This document shows, piece after piece, positions 9,400 through 17,789 of a stretch of 64,000 nt of DNA. Numbering within the stretch: the first letter of the stretch is position 1; each line of letters starts with the position of its first letter. The translations under genes and the position numbers were made by a program. The stretch is from assembly GCA_963815325.1 (NCBI GenBank), contig CAWFGG010000011.1:70645-134644 (forward strand). The letters run 5' to 3'. The stretch is from an uncultured Gemmatimonadales bacterium (lineage in GTDB: Bacteria > Gemmatimonadota > Gemmatimonadetes > Gemmatimonadales > GWC2-71-9). The notes beneath the pieces were generated by a model. The model did no database searches and was not told where the DNA came from. It was given only the letters and a program-made list of their open reading frames with translations.

Positions 9400-10305
9400 A
9401 TGTCCATACGACCTGTTAAGAAAGTCATCGAAGCCCAGCCCACCCTCGAGGGCGCCGGAGTCCGCCTGCGTCGTGCGTTCGGATTCGGTGCGACCGGCGA
9501 GTTCGATCCGTTCCTTCTGCTCGACGACTTCCGGAACGAGCACCCCGAAGATTATCTCGCCGGGTTCCCGTGGCATCCGCACCGCGGTATCGAGACCATC
9601 ACCTACGTGCTGGCCGGCACGGTCGATCACGGCGATAGCCTGGGGAACCAGGGCACGCTGGGCGCGGGCGACGTGCAGTGGATGACCGCCGGGAGCGGGA
9701 TTCTGCATCAAGAGATGCCGGCCGGCGACGAGCAGGGGCGGATGCACGGCTTCCAGTTGTGGGCCAACCTCCCATCCTCGCTCAAGATGACGGCGCCGCG
9801 CTACCAAGACGTGGTGTCGCGGGACATTCCCGAGATCATCGACGACGACGGCACCCGGGTGCGAGTGATCTGTGGCGATTTCTGGGGTAAGACCGGTCCG
9901 GTGGACGGCATCGCAGCCGAGCCACGGTATCTCGACGTGTGGGTGCCGGCTGGCCGGCGAAAGACGCTTCCAGTCGAGACATCCTTGCACGCGTTCGCCT
10001 ACGTTTTCGAGGGCAGCGGCACCTTTCGCGATGCCTCCGAGCCTGGCCCCGTCAGAACAGACCAGGTGGGGTCGGGGTCACCGCCATCGCTCGATGAGAC
10101 CGGGAACCGGTCGCTGGTCTTGTTCGATCGTGGGGACGAAGTCACCGTGCAGGCGGGAGCATCGGGTATCCGTTTCCTGCTGGTGTCGGGTAAACCCCTC
10201 GCCGAGCCGGTCGCGTGGCGCGGCCCGATCGTGATGAATACCGATGAGGAGCTCCAGCAAGCCTACGCCGAGCTTCGCGCCGGCACATTCATCCGAGAAC
10301 GCTGA
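9400..10305 (+). CDS. pirin family protein
   Basis: ATG 9400. GFPWHPHRGIETITYVLAG and the bicupin layout are present. The ORF part upstream of 9400 is shadow sequence. Confidence 0.85.
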   Translation: MSIRPVKKVIEAQPTLEGAGVRLRRAFGFGATGEFDPFLLLDDFRNEHPEDYLAGFPWHPHRGIETITYVLAGTVDHGDSLGNQGTLGAGDVQWMTAGSGILHQEMPAGDEQGRMHGFQLWANLPSSLKMTAPRYQDVVSRDIPEIIDDDGTRVRVICGDFWGKTGPVDGIAAEPRYLDVWVPAGRRKTLPVETSLHAFAYVFEGSGTFRDASEPGPVRTDQVGSGSPPSLDETGNRSLVLFDRGDEVTVQAGASGIRFLLVSGKPLAEPVAWRGPIVMNTDEELQQAYAELRAGTFIRER

Positions 10306-10369
10306 CGCGTTCTGCACCTTCAGCGCCACGGCACGGCTGGCTCATTGGATCCCAAACAGGAGAAGAAGC

Positions 10370-10786
10370 ATGGCGGAACCCAAGACCAAGCCTACCAAGC
10401 TGAGCGTAACGCGATTCATCGACGGCATCAAGGACGAACGAAGACGCCGGGACTGTCGGACCGTCATGAAGATCATGAAGCGGGTCACCAAGGCGACGCC
10501 CAAGATGTGGGGTACCAGCATCGTTGGGTACGGTTCTTATCATTACAAGTATGCCAGCGGGCGCGAGGGCGACTGGTTCACCGCAGGCTTCTCGCCTCGG
10601 GCGCAGAGCTTGACGCTTTACATCATGTCGGGCTTCCGGGAGTACGCCAGCCTCATGAAGAAACTGGGCAAGCACACGACTGGGAAGTCGTGTCTCTATA
10701 TCAAGCGGCTGGACGATATCGACCTCGGGGTACTCGAAGAGCTCGTCGAACGATCGGTGCGGCATGTCGAGCGATCCAGCGCATAG
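10370..10786 (+). CDS. DUF1801 (YdhG-like) domain protein
   Basis: ATG 10370. KMWGTSIVGYGSYHYKYASGREGDW and SCLYIKRLDDID are typical of DUF1801. Confidence 0.7.
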   Translation: MAEPKTKPTKLSVTRFIDGIKDERRRRDCRTVMKIMKRVTKATPKMWGTSIVGYGSYHYKYASGREGDWFTAGFSPRAQSLTLYIMSGFREYASLMKKLGKHTTGKSCLYIKRLDDIDLGVLEELVERSVRHVERSSA

Positions 10787-10966
10787 ACGCGACTGCCAGG
10801 TACCGTATGTTTGGACCAGAGCGTAACACCTCCGAGTCATTTTGCCCACGAGAGCCATCATCGCGGCAATATCCTGCACACCTTGAAGCAGTCTGGTCAC
10901 GCCCTCGACAAGGACGCGTGTTATGCGATTTGGGATTGGGGCAGGCTGTAAGTTCGGACCAGCGGC

Positions 10967-11632
10967 CTAGTTCGTAGGCGGCACGACGCGTCCGGGGTGG
11001 GCTAGCAGGTCTCCACCCACCGCTCCAATGGCGTCGAAGGTGTCTTGCGCCGCTTTCGTGATGAGACGAACGTCCGCCTCGGTGAGCGCCAGCTGCTCCA
11101 TCTCGTCCTTGAATTCCTGCCAGCGGCGCGGCTGGGCATCGCCGTAGGGATCGACATAGGCCGCGCCGCCCCCATCACCCGGCAGGTCATACGCCGTTCG
11201 GAGGCGGCGCGCGATGAACCGCGCCCCGTTGGTGCTGCCCTCCAACACGTAAAACACGCCCAGCAGAGCCAGCGGGCTGTCCGCCGCCAGCGTGTCCAGG
11301 TATGCCAAGAACCGGCTGGTCGCGGGCACGGGCTCGGTGTCGGCGCGAGCCTGATAGAACGCCAGATCGTCGAGCAGGAACGGGACTTTTCTTCGGTCAT
11401 CGTCGAAGACCGCGCCCACGGCCGGATGGCTCGCAACCAGCCTGGCCAGATGCTCTTCCAGTCCGCGGTGAACCAGTAGCATCTGCCCCAGCCACTCGGC
11501 GTAGGCTTCGCGGGACAGCGCTCCGCGCACCATCATCTGCTGGAACTCGTGTTTCTCGGCACGATGGTGATGCTCCGCCGTGGCGGTTTTGAGGGTCGCC
11601 ATAACCCCCGGAGCGGTGGGCGGGCCGTTCAT
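10967..11632 (-). CDS. heme oxygenase-like (biliverdin-producing) protein
   Basis: LKTATAEHHHRAEKHEF, FYVLEGSTNGARF and the all-helical composition fit the family. The start is ATG 11632 (an ATGA overlap with the upstream micro-ORF) or ATG 11602. Confidence 0.7.
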   Translation of the reverse strand: MNGPPTAPGVMATLKTATAEHHHRAEKHEFQQMMVRGALSREAYAEWLGQMLLVHRGLEEHLARLVASHPAVGAVFDDDRRKVPFLLDDLAFYQARADTEPVPATSRFLAYLDTLAADSPLALLGVFYVLEGSTNGARFIARRLRTAYDLPGDGGGAAYVDPYGDAQPRRWQEFKDEMEQLALTEADVRLITKAAQDTFDAIGAVGGDLLAHPGRVVPPTN

Positions 11633-11739
11633 CGAATCACCAGGAAGATTGCGGGAATGACCAGCCACAGGAGGCCCTTCACCAGGAAGAACACGAAGCC
11701 GGCCAAGCCGAGGTTGCGAATCCAGGGGGCAAGACGCAT
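11629..11739 (-). CDS. 36-aa single-TM micro-protein
   Basis: The sequence is MRLAPWIRNLGLAGFVFFLVKGLLWLVIPAIFLVIR. Its TGA overlaps the ATG at 11632 of the heme oxygenase gene. It is too short for the 60-aa ORF track as a separate entry. Confidence 0.4.
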   Translation of the reverse strand: MRLAPWIRNLGLAGFVFFLVKGLLWLVIPAIFLVIR

Positions 11740-11865
11740 GATCGAGATCGTTCTCTGCAGGTTGAGGGCCGTAGTTAACCGCGATCGGGGCCGACTGTCA
11801 AGCCAGGCGCGGGTACACGCAGCCGCGCCGGACAGGCCTTCCATGCCGGATCCGAGGAGGAGAGC

Positions 11866-12270
11866 ATGCCCGTCACTTCGCACGACCAGCCCTTGCGCGT
11901 CGCCCTCAATATCGTGGGTGCCATCTTTGTCGTGGGACTCTACCCGCTCACCGTGCTGTGGCCGGCCGGCTTCATGTGGGAACCACGACAGGCCGAGTAC
12001 GAGCAAATGATCCTCGGAGTCTATGCCGTCCTGGGCATCTTCCTGCTCTTGGCATCGCGGAACCCCGCCGAGCACAAGAGTCTCATCTGGTTCGCGGCCT
12101 GGTCCAGCCTGGTCCACGGCCTGATCATGCTGATCCAAGCACTTCGCGACACAGTAGAACGACCGAACCTCTTCGGTGACGTCCCCGCGCTCATTCTGAT
12201 CGGTCTGGTACTCGCGGTTCTGATGCGAAAGGCCGAGGCCGGCTGGACGGCCGGTGCTCGAGCGCCGTGA
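11866..12270 (+). CDS. membrane protein, unknown function
   Basis: A GAGGAGGAG ribosome-binding site precedes ATG 11866. Four hydrophobic helices are predicted. The stop overlaps the agmatinase GTG (GTGA). Confidence 0.6.
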   Translation: MPVTSHDQPLRVALNIVGAIFVVGLYPLTVLWPAGFMWEPRQAEYEQMILGVYAVLGIFLLLASRNPAEHKSLIWFAAWSSLVHGLIMLIQALRDTVERPNLFGDVPALILIGLVLAVLMRKAEAGWTAGARAP

Positions 12271-13124
12271 CAGCGCCAACGCCCGCCCGCCCCACGCTCA
12301 TCGGCCTGCCCTACGACGCGAGTTCGTCGTTCCGGAGGGGTGCTGCGAATGCACCGCCGATCATCCGGGCGGCGCTCGCTTCCCCCGCATCCAATGCCTG
12401 GAGCGAGTCGGGCATCGACGCCGGGTCAACGGCCGTGCTCGCCGATGCGGGTGACCTCGAGCTTCCATCGAGCGACGAAGCCCGGGGCCTGATCGAGGCT
12501 GGCATCCGTCGGATCGTCAAACAGGGTGGGCGCCCGATCGCCCTCGGCGGCGATCACTCGGTCACCTACCCGGTGTTGCGCGCAGTGCGGCCAGCCTGGT
12601 CCGATCTCACGATTCTGCACATCGATGCCCATCCGGACTTGTATGACGACTACGAGGGCGATCGGTTCTCGCACGCCTGTCCCTTCGCCCGAATCATGGA
12701 GGAGGCATTAGCGGACCGCCTGGTGCAGGTGGGCATCCGGACGATGAACGAACCGCAACGCGCGCAAGTCGAACGATTTGGCGTCGAGGTCATCGACATG
12801 CCTGCCTGGTCGGCCGGCCGAAGGCCTCAGCTTCGAGGCCCGCTGTACGTCTCCATCGACATCGACGCCCTGGACCCCGCATTTGCGCCTGGCGTATCTC
12901 ATCGCGAGCCGGGAGGGCTGTCGGTCCGGGAGGTGTTGACGTTGCTCCAATCTCTTCCTTCGCCCGTCGTTGCTGCGGACATCGTCGAGTTCAACCCAGC
13001 CGAGGATGCGGTGGGACTAACGGCACCCGTCTGCGCCAAGTTGGTGAAGGAACTCGCGAGCCGCATGTTGATGGATGGACCGCTTCATTCGCACGGGGGG
13101 ATTGCTAGCGGCGTCGCACCGTGA
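12267..13124 (+). CDS. speB: agmatinase / ureohydrolase (arginase family)
   Basis: The Mn-binding motifs GGDHSVT, DAHPD and SIDIDALDP are present. Confidence 0.85.
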   Translation: MTAPTPARPTLIGLPYDASSSFRRGAANAPPIIRAALASPASNAWSESGIDAGSTAVLADAGDLELPSSDEARGLIEAGIRRIVKQGGRPIALGGDHSVTYPVLRAVRPAWSDLTILHIDAHPDLYDDYEGDRFSHACPFARIMEEALADRLVQVGIRTMNEPQRAQVERFGVEVIDMPAWSAGRRPQLRGPLYVSIDIDALDPAFAPGVSHREPGGLSVREVLTLLQSLPSPVVAADIVEFNPAEDAVGLTAPVCAKLVKELASRMLMDGPLHSHGGIASGVAP

Positions 13125-13200
13125 CGCTCTGTTTCACGTGCTTCGACCCTAGCCGACTCTCCGCAGAACAATCCGCGATTCCCGTCACCACGGAGGCAAC

Positions 13201-13572
13201 ATGGATCTGGGCGCATTCTCCATCAGCCTGAACGTCAAGGATCTCCAGAAGTCGCGCGCGTTCTATGAAAAGCTCGGGTTCGAGGTGTCGGGAGGCTCGG
13301 CGGAGCAGAACTACCTGATCCTCAAGAACGGGGAGAGTATCATCGGCATCTTCCACGGCATGTTCGAGAGAAACATTCTCACCTTCAATCCGGGACTCTC
13401 CAATCGCATGGAGCGGCTGGAGGCGTTCACCGACGTGCGTGAGATCCAGCAACACCTGAAGCAGGAAGGCCTGACCCTGGCCACCGAGGCAGACGAGAGC
13501 ACAACCGGGGCGGCGAGCCTGACGTTGACGGACCCCGACGGCAATCCGATCTTGATCGACCAATTCTTTTAG
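13201..13572 (+). CDS. VOC (glyoxalase/bleomycin resistance) family protein
   Basis: The 123-aa length and the motifs [12 protein letters not shown] and [13 protein letters not shown] fit the family. Confidence 0.75.
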   Translation: MDLGAFSISLNVKDLQKSRAFYEKLGFEVSGGSAEQNYLILKNGESIIGIFHGMFERNILTFNPGLSNRMERLEAFTDVREIQQHLKQEGLTLATEADESTTGAASLTLTDPDGNPILIDQFF

Positions 13573-13606
13573 GCCTACTATTTCTCTCTGTCTCCATCGA
13601 GCGCCT

Positions 13607-13912
13607 ATGTGCAGAAACATCAGAACGCTGTTCAACTTCGATCCGCCCGCATCGGACGAAGAGATCCGGGCGGCCTCGCTTCAATTCGTTCGGAAGCTGA
13701 GTGGCTTCACCAAGCCGTCGAAAGCCAACGAGGCGGCGTTCCATCGCGCCGTGGACGATGTGTCGGCCGCGGCCGGCCGGTTGCTCGCCTCGCTGGCTAC
13801 GACAGGCACTCCTCGAAACCGCGACGTGGAACAGGCCAAGGCTCAGGCACGCTCCGCCCGCCGCTTCGGTGGCGCTCCGTCCAACACAGCTGCCGGCACG
13901 GCGGAGGCATAG
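13607..13912 (+). CDS. DUF2277 domain protein
   Basis: The N-terminus MCRNIRTLFNFDPPASDEEIRAASLQFVRK matches what I remember of the DUF2277 signature. Confidence 0.65.
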   Translation: MCRNIRTLFNFDPPASDEEIRAASLQFVRKLSGFTKPSKANEAAFHRAVDDVSAAAGRLLASLATTGTPRNRDVEQAKAQARSARRFGGAPSNTAAGTAEA

Positions 13913-13958
13913 GCCAGAGACGTGAGCCAATCAGATCGTGGTTGAATAGTCCGGAAGA

Positions 13959-15218
13959 GTGAGCACGGTCACTGTCCGTGAGGCTCGCCGCCTGGCGTTG
14001 GCGCGGGCGGGTTTGCTCAAGCCCGAATGGACCGGCCTACCCCGTCGCGCAGCGGGACGGGGGCGGCGGGCCAGGAACGCCGCGAACGCGATCATTCAGC
14101 GCTTCGGCTATCTGCAGCTCGACACGGTTTCCATCGCCGGTGCCCGGAGTCACACCATCGTCCTCCTCTCACGGCTCGTTGGATTCGACCCTGCCCTCGG
14201 TGAAGAGCTGCTTCAACCAGGCGAGCCGTTGTTCGAATACTGGGGGCACGAAGCCAGTTGGATCCCGCTCGAACTCTATCCCGCCCTCGAATTTCGCCGC
14301 CGCGAATTCCGCCACCACCCTTGGTGGGGTGACGTCGTCGGGCAACACCCCGACGTAGCACGACGGCTGCGCCGGCGTATTCGAGAGGAGGGACCGCTCC
14401 GGTCAATCGATATGGAGGGTAGGGGAAGCCGGGGATGGTGGGATCTCAAAGCCGCCAAGCGGGTGGCCTCGGCGCTCTGGTCCAGCGGGGAGCTGTCGAT
14501 CAGGGAGCGCAAGAGCTTCCAACGAACCTACGATCTCACGGAGCGGGTCATCCCGGAAGCCGTCCGGCGGCACCCGCTCACCAAACGGGACGGCCTGGCG
14601 ACGCTGGTGCTCAGGGCGCTCGAGGGCCACGGCTGGGCCACGACGGGCACGATCACATCGACCTGGCGATTGCCGAATCGGCAGCAGGAAATCGCGGCGA
14701 CGCTCGCGCGCCTGACGAGGCAGGGACTGGTTCAGCCCTGCGCCCTTACGGAACCCGGCCGACGCCCTGTGTCCGGCTGGATCCGGCCCGAGGACCGCGA
14801 CCTCGCGGCCCGGCTGGATCGGGTGCGGCCACCGACCGATCGCGGTGTATTGTTGTCGCCGTTCGATCCAATCCTGTGGGATCGCGCGCGGGTACGACGG
14901 TTGTTCGGATTCGATCAGATTCTCGAGATTTTCAAGCCGGCCCCGCACCGCAAGTATGGCTACTACTGTCTCCCGGTGTTGGCCGGTGAGAAGCTGCTTG
15001 CCCGCTTCGACTTGAAGGCGGAACGCAAGCAGGAGGCGCTCAGGGTCTTGTGCTGCCGCTTCGAGAGCACCGGCGACGCCCGGCCGGCCACGGCCGAAGA
15101 GGGCAGAGCCGCGTGGAGCGCCCTCGCGCGGTACGCCACCGCGCTCGGCTTCGAGCCAGTCGGGTGGCACCCAGAAGAGCCCCGGGGGGCGCCGGACAGG
15201 GCAATCGGGTATTATTGA
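13959..15218 (+). CDS. winged-helix DNA glycosylase, YcaQ/AlkZ family
   Basis: GTG start. The 419-aa length fits the family. Motifs FGYLQLDTVSIAG, FEYWGHEASWIP, LLSPFDPILWDR and YYCLPVL are present. Confidence 0.75.
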   Translation: MSTVTVREARRLALARAGLLKPEWTGLPRRAAGRGRRARNAANAIIQRFGYLQLDTVSIAGARSHTIVLLSRLVGFDPALGEELLQPGEPLFEYWGHEASWIPLELYPALEFRRREFRHHPWWGDVVGQHPDVARRLRRRIREEGPLRSIDMEGRGSRGWWDLKAAKRVASALWSSGELSIRERKSFQRTYDLTERVIPEAVRRHPLTKRDGLATLVLRALEGHGWATTGTITSTWRLPNRQQEIAATLARLTRQGLVQPCALTEPGRRPVSGWIRPEDRDLAARLDRVRPPTDRGVLLSPFDPILWDRARVRRLFGFDQILEIFKPAPHRKYGYYCLPVLAGEKLLARFDLKAERKQEALRVLCCRFESTGDARPATAEEGRAAWSALARYATALGFEPVGWHPEEPRGAPDRAIGYY

Positions 15219-15283
15219 CGCATGCGGACCCTCGGGGATCCGCTCGGAAGGCCGACGGCTGAGACATTAGGATCGGGGACACC

Positions 15284-15460
15284 ATGACCAAACAGGACGA
15301 TAAGCGGATCGCGGCGCTGGCCAAGAAGAACGCCGCCAAGATCAAACCCCCAACCCAGGAACGGGCGGCAAAGTTCGACGATACCCTCCGCAAACGGACT
15401 GACGAGGACAGCGCAGAAACCGAACGGCTGTTCAAAGAGATGAAGCGCCGGGAATTCTAG
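15284..15460 (+). CDS. 58-aa Lys/Arg/Glu-rich small protein (not in the ORF track)
   Basis: ATG 15284 to TAG 15458-15460. The sequence is MTKQDDKRIAALAKKNAAKIKPPTQERAAKFDDTLRKRTDEDSAETERLFKEMKRREF. A purine-rich stretch (AGGATCGGGGA) lies upstream. Confidence 0.35.
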   Translation: MTKQDDKRIAALAKKNAAKIKPPTQERAAKFDDTLRKRTDEDSAETERLFKEMKRREF

Positions 15461-15475
15461 TTTCCTGCTCGTTTG

Positions 15476-15943
15476 ATGCTCGACGCCATCCGCAGTTTCG
15501 TAACCCAGCGCATCCAGCGTACCGCGCATACCAGCCCGGACGTGCCAGCACGGGCCGCCACCCAGGAGGTCCGGCTTGCGGCGTGTGCGTTGCTTCTCGA
15601 GTTGGCGCACGCCGACGGGGAGTTCAGCGCCCCGGAGCGGGCCCACATCGAGGGCGCCCTCGACCGACACTTCGGGTTGGACCAGGCCACAGCCCGAGAA
15701 CTCATTGAATTGGCCGAGACCGAGCGAACCCACTCCATCGACCATTTCCAATTCACCCGCCTGATCGTCGACCACTACGATCTCGGACAGCGGATGGTGC
15801 TCGCCGAAGTCATGTGGGGCGTTATCCTGGCCGATCAAGAACTCGCGCAACACGAAGCCTACCTGATCCGCAAACTCGCGAAGCTGCTGGAACTGGAGCC
15901 CGCGTACTTGTCCCAGGCGCGCCGAGCCGCCGAGGCATCATGA
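15476..15943 (+). CDS. TerB family protein
   Basis: ACALLLELAHADGEFSAPERAHI and MWGVILADQELAQHEAYLIRKLAKLL are TerB-type helical pairs. ATG 15476; a TTG at 15473 is also in frame. Confidence 0.7.
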   Translation: MLDAIRSFVTQRIQRTAHTSPDVPARAATQEVRLAACALLLELAHADGEFSAPERAHIEGALDRHFGLDQATARELIELAETERTHSIDHFQFTRLIVDHYDLGQRMVLAEVMWGVILADQELAQHEAYLIRKLAKLLELEPAYLSQARRAAEAS

Positions 15944-15998
15944 TCGTGACTGGTCGGGTGCGCGCTGCACCTGCTATCCTCGGTCACGGAGTGCGTGG

Positions 15999-16466
15999 AT
16001 GACCCCGGAACAACGAGTCCAGTTGCGCGAGCTCCTCACTGCTCAGCGCATTCTGGCAATCTCGGTGTTGGTCGATGGGGAGCCGTATGCCGGCCTCCTG
16101 CCGTATGTCTTTGTGCCCGAAGACGGGGCCGTACTGGTGCATGCTTCGCAACTGGCTCGACATACGCGCGGCTTCACGCCAGGAGCGCCGTTCAGCACGG
16201 TCGTGCACCAGCCCGACCGGCCCGGGGCCGATCCGTTGCAGATCCCCCGCGTGACCCTGCAGGGAGTGGTGGAACTGGTCGACAAGGGCACGGAGGCGTA
16301 CCGCGACGGTCAGCGGCGCTACCTCGAGCGCTTTCCCACGAGCGAACCGACCTTCCAGCTTGGCGATTTCGAGCTGTACCGCCTCCGATTCTCGAAGGGA
16401 CGGTACGTTGGCGGGTTCGCACAGGCGGTGAACGTCACGCCCGCGGACCTGGTGCAGCTGGTCTAG
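15999..16466 (+). CDS. pyridoxamine 5'-phosphate oxidase-like FMN-binding (HugZ/DUF2470-like) protein
   Basis: 155 aa. ILAISVLVDGEPYAGLLPYV and VTLQGVVELV give a split-barrel pattern. Confidence 0.6.
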   Translation: MTPEQRVQLRELLTAQRILAISVLVDGEPYAGLLPYVFVPEDGAVLVHASQLARHTRGFTPGAPFSTVVHQPDRPGADPLQIPRVTLQGVVELVDKGTEAYRDGQRRYLERFPTSEPTFQLGDFELYRLRFSKGRYVGGFAQAVNVTPADLVQLV

Positions 16467-16502
16467 GCGGCTACGGGCAGCGGAACGCCGACGGAGAAAC
16501 GG

Positions 16503-16880
16503 ATGGTCACGCTGATCGGTTCGCATCGCACGCTGGTGGCGGCGGTTCTCGTCTTAATCGAAAATCTCCCGTTCGGGTTCTGGCGCGCGGGCCTCAAGAA
16601 ATTCACTCCCCGGTGGTTCGTGGCGGTCCACGCTCCCATTCCGATCGCAATCGGACTGCGGCTACTCGTGGGCGTGGGATGGCGCTTGAGCACCATGCCG
16701 CTCTTTGTTGGAAGTTTCTTCGCGGGTCAACTCGTTGGAGGAAGACTACGGATCGGTTGGCGGAGGCGGTCGGTGACGAGTGTCCCACCAACCAACGGTG
16801 CCCTAGACCGGAACCGTATCGAGGGATTGCGTCCCGAAACGGGCGACCGCTCAGTCGACGTGGGGAAACTGCTCGGCTAG
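16503..16880 (+). CDS. small membrane protein, unknown function
   Basis: Three hydrophobic helices lie in the first ~85 aa. The 3' end converges on porB and overlaps it by 30 nt. Confidence 0.4.
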   Translation: MVTLIGSHRTLVAAVLVLIENLPFGFWRAGLKKFTPRWFVAVHAPIPIAIGLRLLVGVGWRLSTMPLFVGSFFAGQLVGGRLRIGWRRRSVTSVPPTNGALDRNRIEGLRPETGDRSVDVGKLLG

Positions 16881-17789
16881 GATACGCAGTCGCTCGAAAT
16901 CCTCACGGCATGCCCGCCTGGTCGCGTCGAGATCGATCAAGTGGTCCGAGAAGCGGTTCTGGCGCGAGAAGTACTCCGCCGGGTCGGTCCAGTCGGGTTC
17001 GACGCTGATCCGATAGGTCCTGCCATCCCACACCTCGTAGAGCGGGAAGAGCCCGCTCGCGACTGCTAACCGCACCAAGAGCAGCGACTCGGACGGCTCC
17101 GACTTCCACCCCGTGGGGCACGGGGAGTGCAGCAGCAGGAAGCGCATTCCCTGGAGCGAGAGGGCCGTGCGAATCTTCTTGGCATAGTCTTCCGGATGCC
17201 CAATGGAGAGCGTGGCCACATACGGAATGCGATGGGCCGCCATGATCGACATGATGTCCTTCTTGCCCTCACGCTTGCCCGCCGGGGTCGTGCTGGTCCG
17301 GGCGCCTAGCGGCGTGGCCGACGATCGCTGCCCGCCGGTATTCCCGTAAATCTCGTTGTCGTAGCAGATGTAGATGAGGTTTTCGTTCCGCTCGGCGGCT
17401 GCAGACAGGGTCGCGATGCCGATGTCGTACGTGCCCCCGTCTCCTGCCCAACAGATGACCTGCCCGCTTTCCCCGTTGAGGTCTCGCACGCTCGCCATGC
17501 CGCTCGCGAACGCAGGGGCGGCGGCAAACGTGGAGGCAACGACCGGCACCCCGTAGCTCGTGGTTGGAAAGCCCCCGGCCGTGACGATGCCGCAGCAGGC
17601 CGGGATCACCAGGCTGCAGGTATCACCGGACTCGGCGAGTACGCGACTGAGCATGGTCAGGCCAACGCTCATGCCGCAGCCGCCGCAGTTGGTATTCCCA
17701 GGCCGGAGCAGGCAATCCTCACTGCACGGAATCGACAGCCCCTCCTCGACTCGGCCGGGCATCGGCTCGCGCTCCGTACCGGCGGACAT
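16851..17789 (-). CDS. 2-oxoacid:ferredoxin oxidoreductase beta subunit (TPP-binding)
   Basis: Start ATG 17789, overlapping the alpha subunit stop (TGATG). Motifs NTNCGGCGMSVG and GDGGTYDIGIATLSAAAERNENLIYICYDNEIYGNTGGQ are present. Confidence 0.9.
   Translation of the reverse strand: MSAGTEREPMPGRVEEGLSIPCSEDCLLRPGNTNCGGCGMSVGLTMLSRVLAESGDTCSLVIPACCGIVTAGGFPTTSYGVPVVASTFAAAPAFASGMASVRDLNGESGQVICWAGDGGTYDIGIATLSAAAERNENLIYICYDNEIYGNTGGQRSSATPLGARTSTTPAGKREGKKDIMSIMAAHRIPYVATLSIGHPEDYAKKIRTALSLQGMRFLLLHSPCPTGWKSEPSESLLLVRLAVASGLFPLYEVWDGRTYRISVEPDWTDPAEYFSRQNRFSDHLIDLDATRRACREDFERLRILAEQFPHVD

Noticed and set aside
13130-13145. TGTTTCACGTGcttcg, a possible second parS
   Set aside because: Only the left half plus the core matches; the right arm is unrelated. 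It is probably a chance half-site just after the agmatinase stop.
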